DNA from: Prochlorococcus marinus str. NATL2A
GTDB taxonomy: Bacteria; Cyanobacteriota; Cyanobacteriia; PCC-6307; Cyanobiaceae
DNA: 32,000 nt
NCBI RefSeq assembly: GCF_000012465.1
Contig: NC_007335.2
Location: forward strand, 1,620,001-1,652,000
Direction: 5' to 3'
Shown here: positions 1-8,510 of the stretch, in pieces
How the letters are laid out: each line of letters begins with the position of its first letter
Numbering within the stretch: the first letter of the stretch is position 1
Program-made: the position numbers and the translations under genes
Notes under the pieces: model-generated
Told to the model about the DNA's origin: nothing
The model's database searches: none
What the model saw: only the letters and a program-made list of their open reading frames with translations

Positions 1-46
1 CAATCCCAACGTCTTTTGTTATCCCTCTGAATTAAAGTTATTTATC

Positions 47-1180
47 ATGTCAAACGAAGGTAAGCCACTCCAATTAACTGAATCTAAGAAAATAGACGCA
101 AAATCTGGAGAGAAAGAAAAAGCATTGAGCTTAGTTGTTGGGCAAATAGAACGCAATTTCGGAAAGGGTTCGATCATGCGTCTTGGCGACGCATCAAAGA
201 TGCGGGTAGAAACAATATCTACGGGCGCTTTAACTCTTGATTTAGCTCTTGGTGGAGGCTATCCCAAAGGACGTGTAATTGAAGTTTATGGTCCCGAAAG
301 TTCTGGAAAAACAACGCTGACATTACATGCAATAGCAGAGATTCAACGTAACGGCGGAGTTGCTGCTTTTGTAGATGCAGAACATGCTCTTGACCCAGTC
401 TATGCAGCTTCGCTTGGTGTTGATGTAGAAAATCTTCTCGTATCTCAACCGGATACAGGTGAGATGGCATTGGAAATCGTTGACCAACTTATTAGATCTG
501 CTGCAGTCGATCTAGTAGTTGTTGATTCAGTCGCTGCACTGACGCCCCGTTCAGAGATAGAAGGAGAAATGGGTGATCATTCAGTAGGTGCTCAAGCTCG
601 TCTAATGAGTCAAGCAATGAGAAAAATTACTGGAAATATTGGAAAGTCTGGTTGCACAGTAATTTTCTTAAATCAATTACGTCTAAAAATTGGTATTACA
701 TATGGGAATCCAGAAACAACAACTGGTGGAAACGCTCTTAAGTTTTATGCCTCTGTAAGATTAGATATTCGTCGTATCCAAACGTTAAAGAGAGGAACTG
801 AAGAATATGGAATTCGTGCAAAAGTGAAAGTTGCAAAAAACAAAGTTGCGCCTCCATTTCGAATAGCCGAATTTGATATTCTTTTTGGGAAAGGAATTAG
901 TACTCTTGGTTGTCTTCTTGATTTAGCAGATGAGACTAATGTCGTTACTCGTAAAGGAGCTTGGTATAGCTATGAAGGTGACAATATTGGGCAAGGGAGA
1001 GACAACACCATTACTTGGCTTGAACAAAATCCTGAATCAAAAGAAATAATTGAAAAGTTAGTTAAAGAAAAATTAACTGAGGGCTCAGAAGTAAGTGCTA
1101 ATTCAATGAGACCATTAGCGTCAGCGGCTCGACAAGCTTCTTCACGACCAAACCTAAGCCAAGTTTCAGCGAACGGTTAA
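47..1180 (+). CDS. recA: Recombinase RecA
   Basis: 377-aa ORF with ATG start. It has Walker [10 protein letters not shown], the Walker B strand [10 protein letters not shown], and the conserved [24 protein letters not shown] block. This is a textbook RecA. Confidence 0.97.
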   Translation: MSNEGKPLQLTESKKIDAKSGEKEKALSLVVGQIERNFGKGSIMRLGDASKMRVETISTGALTLDLALGGGYPKGRVIEVYGPESSGKTTLTLHAIAEIQRNGGVAAFVDAEHALDPVYAASLGVDVENLLVSQPDTGEMALEIVDQLIRSAAVDLVVVDSVAALTPRSEIEGEMGDHSVGAQARLMSQAMRKITGNIGKSGCTVIFLNQLRLKIGITYGNPETTTGGNALKFYASVRLDIRRIQTLKRGTEEYGIRAKVKVAKNKVAPPFRIAEFDILFGKGISTLGCLLDLADETNVVTRKGAWYSYEGDNIGQGRDNTITWLEQNPESKEIIEKLVKEKLTEGSEVSANSMRPLASAARQASSRPNLSQVSANG

Positions 1181-1199
1181 AGGTAAAACATACTTGGCT

Positions 1200-1439
1200 T
1201 TATCTGATATCAGCAGGAATCCACCACCCTGCTGCAGGACCAACAAAGCGAACAATGATCCAAAGAATAACTAAAGCAGCAATACCTATCCATCCTGCGC
1301 GAATACTTAATTGTATAAATTGATCTCTTTGCGCTTGCGTAACAGGAAACCAAGAAACAATACGAGGTGACTCACTCCTAGGATTTTTCTTATTACGAGG
1401 TTTCAAGCCTTGCTCAGATCTTCGGCGTGCTTCTCCCAT
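1200..1439 (-). CDS. Small membrane protein with a basic N-terminus and one TM helix (resembles cyanobacterial DUF2839-type proteins; family name from memory)
   Basis: 79-aa ORF with ATG start. The N-terminus is MGEARRRSEQGLKPRNKK, followed by a hydrophobic helix IGIAALVILWIIVRFV. It converges on recA with a 19-nt gap. Confidence 0.55.
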   Translation of the reverse strand: MGEARRRSEQGLKPRNKKNPRSESPRIVSWFPVTQAQRDQFIQLSIRAGWIGIAALVILWIIVRFVGPAAGWWIPADIR

Positions 1440-1476
1440 TATAAAAAAAAATATTTTTTAATCTAAGAGATTGATT

Positions 1477-2925
1477 TTAATAAGGCAACAAACGCTCTAA
1501 AGCAACCCACGGTTCAAGAGCTTCGAATATTAGTTTTCCCCAATTTCTATAGCGCATGCGGCCGTCAAGGATAGCGACTCGAACATCTTTCCCCCTAATA
1601 ATAGCAAGCGATTTGAGAAGGATGGCAAGGGTTTCTGGGAAAAGGAATTCTCGAAACCAGTCACGACCTTGATGCTTAAGCATTTCAACTTTAGCGGCAA
1701 TCCAAGGTGATTCTAAAGTAGGCAATGGAATCACTGGAAAAATTAATTGATCTGGCGTTGGTAAATTGTACTGATTAACAATCCACCACTGACAACTACA
1801 ACAAACAATCCCATTAGTCTCAATATTAGTCGTTTCATGAACGACTCTCAATCCAAATTCTCCAGCTAGTTCACTAGTTATCTGAAGTCGTAGTTGCAAG
1901 TCATCTACCAAAACAATAGTTGGATGAGTACGCCCAAGAATTAATCTTTGACACTGTCTTATAATATGACGATAAAAATGAGACGTATTCGGCAAAGGTT
2001 GTCTTTTAGGAACAAATAAAGGAATAGGTTCTTGATCATATTTATTTCCCAAATCCACCTTCACATTGAAAGTAAATTTTTTACTATTTAAATCTAAAAA
2101 GAAAGAATCGCTTTGACCAGAATTAGTCAGCATTAAAAGAGTATTTTTTGATAGCAGGCCTGAGAGAGTTTGCAATGGAAGCAAAGGCTGAATATACCAA
2201 TCCCAGCTAAGTTTTTGATTATCTAGTTTAGCCCATGTTACCCATCTATTGTTGACGACATTAAGAGCCCGCCGCCAAGGCATTATGGAAGGCAAGTCAT
2301 CTTTGAGAATTTCTTTTAATGCTAAAAGTTCCTTATAATCAATTCTTATAACAGCATCAGAACTTAATGAATGACTGAAAAGACTTCGACTTAGACGCTC
2401 ATGAGCTTCAATAATTGAAGCTTCAAAACGTGAGCGAGAAGCAATTAAATTCTGCCAATCTTTTGGAGTAATTTTAATAGACATAGACTCTCTAAGCTCG
2501 TTAGAAATAAACTCAGATTCAGGAAAAATTAATTGGCGATTTTTTAATAAATCTTTTTCATTTGCAAAAATAAGATCTTGGTATCTTAGAACCCAAATTT
2601 TTTCATCTGAGGGAATTAATTCAATTCCTTCTACATAATCGAAACCTAATCGACTAGAACTTAACTTTGGTAATTCCACTTCAAACAAGAGTCGATATTG
2701 TCTCTCTGAAAGAATCAACACAATATTATTGTTATGCAAACAAAGTGGAATCAAAAGGCCAGGCCACCAAAAATTTCTACTGTCACTTGATAATTGAATA
2801 AAAGTATTATCTTTACGACTTAAGCTTCTAGAGATCAATCTTGCAAGGGTCAAATTATGAGGCCATAGAGCAAGATTTTTTTGATAGTATTTTTTTAGAT
2901 GTTTATGTGAATGCACCTCAAGCAT
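1477..2925 (-). CDS. DinG/Rad3-like helicase-fold protein lacking recognisable Walker A and DEAH motifs
   Basis: 482-aa ORF with ATG start. The C-terminal LAIIRGKDVRVAILDGRMRY resembles the motif VI/tail region of DinG-family helicases. Where GxGKT is expected I read SSDSRNFWWPGLLIP, and where DEAH is expected I read LIFPESEFI. Confidence 0.55.
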   Translation of the reverse strand: MLEVHSHKHLKKYYQKNLALWPHNLTLARLISRSLSRKDNTFIQLSSDSRNFWWPGLLIPLCLHNNNIVLILSERQYRLLFEVELPKLSSSRLGFDYVEGIELIPSDEKIWVLRYQDLIFANEKDLLKNRQLIFPESEFISNELRESMSIKITPKDWQNLIASRSRFEASIIEAHERLSRSLFSHSLSSDAVIRIDYKELLALKEILKDDLPSIMPWRRALNVVNNRWVTWAKLDNQKLSWDWYIQPLLPLQTLSGLLSKNTLLMLTNSGQSDSFFLDLNSKKFTFNVKVDLGNKYDQEPIPLFVPKRQPLPNTSHFYRHIIRQCQRLILGRTHPTIVLVDDLQLRLQITSELAGEFGLRVVHETTNIETNGIVCCSCQWWIVNQYNLPTPDQLIFPVIPLPTLESPWIAAKVEMLKHQGRDWFREFLFPETLAILLKSLAIIRGKDVRVAILDGRMRYRNWGKLIFEALEPWVALERLLPY

Positions 2926-2998
2926 TAGTAGGACCTTTTATCAAAAAAATCTTTTAATCGTGTTGCCCTATCAATAAATATATAGAACAATACTACTT

Positions 2999-3874
2999 AT
3001 GGAGCTTAAAACAAAACCATCTGAAAATATTGGAATTGTGGGATTAGGTCTAATTGGAGGCTCCTTAGGCTTAGATCTCCAAAAGCTTGGATATACAGTT
3101 TATGGAATTACTCACCGAGAAAAAACTGCACAAAAAGCCAGAGCAAGAAAACTCGCCCAAATTGTTAGTACTGACCTGAGTGTTTTAAAACATTGTTCTC
3201 TTATTTATATTGCTTTACCACTTGAACAACTCCTCAATCCTTCATCAGCTTTAATCAATTCCATTCCGAGGGATGCTGTTGTTACTGATGTTGGATCTGT
3301 AAAAGTCCCTATATTAAATACTTGGAATAAGTTACATCCGCGTTTTGTAGCCAGTCATCCAATGACAGGAACGGAAGAATCTGGTGTTAACGCAGGTCAA
3401 CATAATTTATTTAAAAATAAGCCCTGGGTCGTTACTCCAAATAAAGAAACTGATAAAAAAGCCCTCGAAATAGTTCGCCAAATTACTTTGTCACTTGGGA
3501 GTCAATGGATAAGCTCTGAAGCTCAAATACATGATGAAGCTGTTGGCTTGATTTCACATTTACCAGTTCTAATTAGCGCAGCATTACTCAATACACTCAG
3601 TACAGATGTAAAGCCTTCCTTATATTCACTTGCAAAAAGTATTGCATCCAGTGGGTTTGCTGACACCTCTAGGGTTGGAGGTGGAAACCCAGAGCTAGGA
3701 GTCTCCATGGCAAAATTGAACAAAAAAAATATAGAGAGACATTTAGCGTCTTATAGACATTCTCTAGATATTTTTGAAAAATATTTACTTGAAGAGAACT
3801 GGAGTGAACTCGAAAAAATACTAGTTAATACACAGGAAGAAAGACAGAATTTCATTTTAAAACCTACTAATTAA
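2999..3874 (+). CDS. tyrA: Arogenate/prephenate dehydrogenase
   Basis: 291-aa ORF with an N-terminal Rossmann loop IGIVGLGLIGGSLG, the SHPMTG motif, and a C-terminal helical domain typical of TyrA. Confidence 0.85.
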   Translation: MELKTKPSENIGIVGLGLIGGSLGLDLQKLGYTVYGITHREKTAQKARARKLAQIVSTDLSVLKHCSLIYIALPLEQLLNPSSALINSIPRDAVVTDVGSVKVPILNTWNKLHPRFVASHPMTGTEESGVNAGQHNLFKNKPWVVTPNKETDKKALEIVRQITLSLGSQWISSEAQIHDEAVGLISHLPVLISAALLNTLSTDVKPSLYSLAKSIASSGFADTSRVGGGNPELGVSMAKLNKKNIERHLASYRHSLDIFEKYLLEENWSELEKILVNTQEERQNFILKPTN

Positions 3875-5384
3875 AGACAGGGATATTTAGATGTCTACCT
3901 TTAGATTCCAATAGTTGTCTTACAACCATCAAAGCTGATTGACTGACGCCAGCGGTACCTTCACCAGGGTATATAGAATCTCCACAAAGCCATAAACCTT
4001 TGAGAGGGGTTCTACTTGACAAGCCAAAAGGACCAAATTGATCTGGATGTTGACCAAGCCCTCCGACTATTCCACTAGGACGTCCTGTCCACCTTTCAAA
4101 GCTTCTTGGGGTAGAAAGTTCTTGATGATCCCAACTCGTCTCTAGCAAATCAAACTTGTGATCTAAAATAGCTCTAATCTGTTTCGATACGACACTTTTT
4201 TTTCTGGTATATGCTTGACTATCTAGATTAGACCATTGATCAATATCTACAAATACACTTGCTATTAAAGTGGCCATCCCAATTGGTGCACGTTGATCAT
4301 TTTCCAAACTGATAGAAATAAATAAAGAACCAAAATGCTCATCAAATACTTGAATATGACCTGGACAATCAACGGGCAAATCTACACGACGGAGAGCTCC
4401 GTAAAATACAACGGCACCACTAGGTTTAGGTAATTTTTTTATACTTTCACGGTATGTTGTAGATAAACCTCCATCAATAGGAATTAAATCTAAAAGAGAT
4501 TGAGGAGGCAAGCTAAAAACAATATCTGATGCTTTCATCTGTAACAAATTCTTTCTTCTATCAAGCACTTTGACATCAAAAACATTTGAATTTTCTTTCC
4601 TTATTATTTTGGTCACTCTATGCCCAATCAAAAGGCTTCCACCATCTCTCAAAAAACTATCTTTCAATAAATCGCTAAGAATTTGCATTGATCCATGAAG
4701 ATGCCATAGACCTCTAGGAGATTGGGCCATTTGAAGAACAGTTGCACCGTATAAAGCTGCCGTTCTACTTGCTGGCTCTTGAGAGTAAAGTTTTAATTGA
4801 AGGTCTAAAAAACTTCGTAGACGTCTATCTTTATGACAACCGGTTATTGTAAGCAAGTCTGCAATAGTCAACTTACTCAAGAAACCAGTTAAAAGATTTG
4901 AAGGACGTATGGCTCTAATTAATTGACTTAAATCCCAAAAATTTCTTACCGGAAGTATTGGATCTCTTTCGACAAATTCCCAGTTACTTTCATGAATTTT
5001 AGAACATAATGACCAGAAGATTTCACTCCCAGGAAACTGTTCTTGTCTTTCTTTCTGCCATCTCAATGGATCATGCCAAAGATTGATTGGCCTACTCCCA
5101 TCACCGAGAGTAACTGAACAGCCAGGATCCAAAATTTTTGCATCAGGTAAAGGAATATCTAAATAATTAAATAAACGATGATGAATTCCTCCCCTCTCCA
5201 GACCTGCAACTTGGGTAGCACCAACATCAAAGGTATAAGAACCTCTTTTAAAAGTTCCTGCACAACCACCTAATTGACTATGTGCTTCGACCAAAGTTAC
5301 CTGATAACCCTCTTTAGAAAGAAGAGCAGCACCTGTTAAGCCAGCTATCCCTCCCCCAACAACAATGATAGATTCTTCAGACAT
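3867..5384 (-). CDS. FAD-dependent oxidoreductase of the phytoene desaturase / carotenoid isomerase (CrtI/CrtD/CrtH-like) family; exact substrate not assignable
   Basis: 505-aa ORF. The N-terminal dinucleotide fold is IIVVGGGIAGLTGAALL...LVEAHSQLGG, and the C-terminal LWLCGDSIYPGEGTAGV is typical of the amine-oxidase-fold carotenoid enzymes. Its stop overlaps the tyrA stop by 8 nt (convergent). Confidence 0.75.
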   Translation of the reverse strand: MSEESIIVVGGGIAGLTGAALLSKEGYQVTLVEAHSQLGGCAGTFKRGSYTFDVGATQVAGLERGGIHHRLFNYLDIPLPDAKILDPGCSVTLGDGSRPINLWHDPLRWQKERQEQFPGSEIFWSLCSKIHESNWEFVERDPILPVRNFWDLSQLIRAIRPSNLLTGFLSKLTIADLLTITGCHKDRRLRSFLDLQLKLYSQEPASRTAALYGATVLQMAQSPRGLWHLHGSMQILSDLLKDSFLRDGGSLLIGHRVTKIIRKENSNVFDVKVLDRRKNLLQMKASDIVFSLPPQSLLDLIPIDGGLSTTYRESIKKLPKPSGAVVFYGALRRVDLPVDCPGHIQVFDEHFGSLFISISLENDQRAPIGMATLIASVFVDIDQWSNLDSQAYTRKKSVVSKQIRAILDHKFDLLETSWDHQELSTPRSFERWTGRPSGIVGGLGQHPDQFGPFGLSSRTPLKGLWLCGDSIYPGEGTAGVSQSALMVVRQLLESKGRHLNIPVFN

Positions 5385-5412
5385 AAAAAATTATCAAGCG
5401 AGAATAAAGTGA

Positions 5413-6300
5413 ATGGAGGAATTAATCCAAAAGGCTCTTTCAAGTTCAAATAAAGTAAGCAGCAATTCACTAATAGAAAAAATAATTCCGGTAGGCGGAG
5501 GTTGTATCCACAAAGCTTGGTCCATTCATTTCCAAAACGGTAAGAGGGTTTTTGCTAAATCAAATTACATTGACAATATTAATATGTTTAAGTTTGAACG
5601 TGAGTGTCTTTCAGTTCTAAAAAGATTTGCTAATGAATCTTATATTTGCGTTCCTGAAACACTAGATCTCATAAGTTATCAAAATATATCTATACTTTTT
5701 TTAGAATGGATAGATCTCAAACAATGCCAACAAAATGTACTTGGGAAAGGCTTAGCACTGCTGCATAAATCTTCGAGTGAATGGAGCAAAAAAAATTTCG
5801 GATGGGAAGAAGAAGGTTTTATAGGTTCTAGCACCCAAGCAAGAGGTTGGAAAAGTAACTGGGGAGAATTCTTTGTAAATTATCGTCTTAGGCCACAACT
5901 TTTACAAGCAAAAGCATGGGGAGTAAGAGTTGAGGATTATGAGGATGTTTTAATATATTTAAGCTCATATCTAAATGATCATCAGCCAAAGACCTCATTA
6001 GTTCATGGAGATCTTTGGTCCGGTAATTGTGGAAGTACTAAAAATGGCTTAGGAAGTCTTTATGATCCTGCCTGCTACTGGGCTGACAGAGAAGTGGATA
6101 TCTCAATGACTAAATTATTTGGTGGTTTTAATAGAGAATTTTATAAAGGATACGAAGAGATTTGGCCACTAAATAAATTTTCAAAAGATAGAAATGATAT
6201 TTATAATCTTTACCATTTGCTTAATCACGCAAATATATTTGGTGGATCCTACAAAGAAAATTCCCTGAAAATACTAAAAGATCTGAGATCTCGTGTGTAA
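5413..6300 (+). CDS. Fructosamine/ketosamine-3-kinase family protein
   Basis: 295-aa ORF with the catalytic-loop motif LVHGDLWSGN and overall kinase-like layout of the FN3K family. Confidence 0.8.
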   Translation: MEELIQKALSSSNKVSSNSLIEKIIPVGGGCIHKAWSIHFQNGKRVFAKSNYIDNINMFKFERECLSVLKRFANESYICVPETLDLISYQNISILFLEWIDLKQCQQNVLGKGLALLHKSSSEWSKKNFGWEEEGFIGSSTQARGWKSNWGEFFVNYRLRPQLLQAKAWGVRVEDYEDVLIYLSSYLNDHQPKTSLVHGDLWSGNCGSTKNGLGSLYDPACYWADREVDISMTKLFGGFNREFYKGYEEIWPLNKFSKDRNDIYNLYHLLNHANIFGGSYKENSLKILKDLRSRV

Positions 6301-6315
6301 CGAAACCTCAGATCT
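6279..6315. terminator. Hairpin between convergent genes, overlapping the stop of the fructosamine kinase gene
   Basis: A perfect 9-bp stem pairs AGATCTGAG (6279-6287) with CTCAGATCT (6307-6315), with a 19-nt loop. The trailing T-run is weak (attgttctctctgtt), so a terminator function is only suggestive. Confidence 0.3.
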
Positions 6316-6336
6316 ATTGTTCTCTCTGTTATTAAT

Positions 6337-6699
6337 TTATCCTAAGTACTCTTTCTTAAGATTTTGAACTTTGTCGAATACAGCAGTTCTTTTTTCACTT
6401 GTTGTTAAGTTCTGCCAACTCCATTGGCCTAAAACAACAATTCCAAGAAGTTCTAGCAAACCAGGAAGAATTGGAAAAAAATTAACTGTATCGATAACAA
6501 CCTTGATCAAAACTTGAGCTAAAACAACAACGGCAATAATCCCTGCTGCCTTGCCATACTTACCCATTTGAGTCCAATCAATTTTGCTCAAAGATTCATT
6601 AACTTTTCCCATTACATCACTGTAACGTTCTGAAAAATTAACACCTTCTGTTTTCCCTGCCTTTGATTCATCTTTAGAATCAGGATTTACATCAGACAT
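6337..6699 (-). CDS. CAAD-domain / CURT1-like thylakoid membrane protein
   Basis: The acidic N-terminus is followed by two adjacent hydrophobic helices (AAGIIAVVVLAQVLIKVVI and ILPGLLELLGIVVLGQW), as in cyanobacterial CAAD/CurT proteins. The ORF-track start at 6705 is GTG, and the ATG at 6699 (MSDVNPD) is more plausible. Confidence 0.6.
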   Translation of the reverse strand: MSDVNPDSKDESKAGKTEGVNFSERYSDVMGKVNESLSKIDWTQMGKYGKAAGIIAVVVLAQVLIKVVIDTVNFFPILPGLLELLGIVVLGQWSWQNLTTSEKRTAVFDKVQNLKKEYLG

Positions 6700-6822
6700 G
6701 AACACAAGCTACTAAGCAATTATGGACTGAGCGTATCGAATTAATTTAAAAAATGCCATAGGCTGAATAGAGATAAGTCCGAACCAAAATAGAGAGGATG
6801 CCGAATCAAATCATTTTTTTTC

Positions 6823-7335
6823 ATGAAAATTCCAAAATATATTGAATTCCATAACCGAACAAATTCTGTTCTCTCTAGATTTTTAAAGGCGGCAGAGCCT
6901 GAGGAAGGCTGCTGTATTCTAATCGGCAAAACAAACAGCTTAACTAAAGATCACAAAAGAAATATTTGGGAGGTAACTCACGTATGGAATTGTCAAAACA
7001 TTTGGGGTGAAGAAGAATCGAGATTAATTGATCAAAATATAGAAGCGGTTTCTAACCAAAAAAATTTGCAATTATCCAAAAAAAATTGCTTCGAAATATA
7101 CGCTAAAGATCAAATTGCATCTCAGAAATGGGCAAGAGAGAATGATCTTGAAGTTTTATGTTGTGCTCACTCACATCCTTTAAATGAAAACAGACCCTCA
7201 GAAATGGATCTATTATTCCACCAACCTCCTGGTCTTATGGTTATTTCAAATAAAGATGGAGATTTAAAAGCATGGTGGATTAAAAATAAATTAAAATTCC
7301 ATAGCGTGAAAATTGAAGTTTTTTCTTTAACGTAA
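6823..7335 (+). CDS. JAMM/MPN+ (Mov34) family metalloprotease
   Basis: 170-aa ORF with ATG start. It has the upstream Glu in EEGCCILIG and an exact HxHx7SxxD zinc motif (HSHPLNENRPSEMD). Confidence 0.8.
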   Translation: MKIPKYIEFHNRTNSVLSRFLKAAEPEEGCCILIGKTNSLTKDHKRNIWEVTHVWNCQNIWGEEESRLIDQNIEAVSNQKNLQLSKKNCFEIYAKDQIASQKWARENDLEVLCCAHSHPLNENRPSEMDLLFHQPPGLMVISNKDGDLKAWWIKNKLKFHSVKIEVFSLT

Positions 7336-7358
7336 ATAAATCAGCGAAGGTTTGATTA

Positions 7359-8504
7359 ATGGAGCAAAGCCAGAATGAAGCAAATTTAAGTTCTGAAGAA
7401 ATTGACAGGTATGCAAGACATATAAGTCTCCCAGAGATAGGTATCAAAGGCCAAGAAAAATTGAAGACAAGCTCAGTTGCTTGCATTGGGACAGGAGGGC
7501 TGGGATCTCCACTCTTAATTTATCTTGCAGCAGCTGGAATTGGACGTATCGGAATAATTGATTTTGATGTCGTTGAATACTCAAATTTACAAAGACAAAT
7601 CATTCATACAACAGATTCAATAGGTCTATTAAAAACAGATTCGGCCAAACAGCATATACGCAAAATAAATCCTTCTTGTCGAGTTGATTTATTCAATCAA
7701 AAGCTAACAAGTAGTAATGCTTTGGAAATACTTAAAGCTTATGATGTGATATGTGATTGTTCAGACAATTTCCCAACGCGTTACCTGATTAATGATGCTT
7801 GTCTAATACTTAACAAACCTAATATATATGGTTCAATCGCAAGATTCGAAGGACAAGTAAGTGTATTTAATTTGAAGGAAGATAGCCCTAACTATAGAGA
7901 CCTTATCCCCACGCCCCCTCCACAAGAATTAATTCCATCTTGCTCTGAAGCAGGAGTGATGGGAATTCTTCCAGGAATTATTGGTACAATTCAAGCAGCA
8001 GAAGCTATAAAGATAATAACAAATATTGGTTATCCACTTAACGGTAGGATCCTCATTTTTAATGCATTAAAAATGCAATTTAAAGAGCTAACTTTGAAAT
8101 CTAATCCAGAAAATAAAAATATCCATAAATTAATAGATTATAAAAGTTTCTGTTCAGAAGTTAAAGTTAAAGATGAAGTAGAATGTGATATAGAAAGTAT
8201 TTCAATTAAAGAATTAAAAGTACTTCTTAGCCAATCTTCAAAAGAAATATTATTAATAGATGTTCGTAACCAAAATGAATATAATCAATGTTCAATTACA
8301 GGTTCGTTACTCATGCCTCTTAGCTCTATTGAAAGTGGTAAAGCCATTGATGAAATTAAAATCCTTACCGCAAAAAAAAATCTTTATGTATTATGTAAAA
8401 GTGGAAAAAGATCATTGCTTGCATTAAAGCATTTAAACAAATTTGGAATTATAGGTATTAATATTCTTGGAGGTATTGATGCGTGGAATAGCGAAAAAAA
8501 TTAA
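7359..8504 (+). CDS. moeB: MoeB/ThiF-type E1-like adenylyltransferase fused to a C-terminal rhodanese domain (MoeZ/MOCS3-like sulfurtransferase)
   Basis: 381 aa. It has RYARHI, the nucleotide loop IGTGGLGS, NLQRQ, the catalytic-loop Cys in PSCSEAGVMG, and a C-terminal rhodanese with active-site loop CKSGKRS. It starts 23 nt after the JAMM gene. Confidence 0.9.
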   Translation: MEQSQNEANLSSEEIDRYARHISLPEIGIKGQEKLKTSSVACIGTGGLGSPLLIYLAAAGIGRIGIIDFDVVEYSNLQRQIIHTTDSIGLLKTDSAKQHIRKINPSCRVDLFNQKLTSSNALEILKAYDVICDCSDNFPTRYLINDACLILNKPNIYGSIARFEGQVSVFNLKEDSPNYRDLIPTPPPQELIPSCSEAGVMGILPGIIGTIQAAEAIKIITNIGYPLNGRILIFNALKMQFKELTLKSNPENKNIHKLIDYKSFCSEVKVKDEVECDIESISIKELKVLLSQSSKEILLIDVRNQNEYNQCSITGSLLMPLSSIESGKAIDEIKILTAKKNLYVLCKSGKRSLLALKHLNKFGIIGINILGGIDAWNSEKN

Positions 8505-8510
8505 TTAAAA

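Noticed and set aside
1-46. Search for a LexA box upstream of recA, and in the spacer between the DinG-like gene and tyrA and upstream of recF
   Set aside because: Only 46 nt of recA upstream sequence are in the window, and none of these regions contains a GTAC-N-GTTC type palindrome. No SOS operator can be supported.
3867-3874. 8-nt convergent overlap of tyrA and the CrtI-like gene, and similar 6-20 nt convergent gaps (moeB/cobO, hemF/amidase-like gene, AKR/210-aa ORF)
   Set aside because: This is consistent with general genome compaction in this organism group. Nothing indicates a specific regulatory antisense mechanism.
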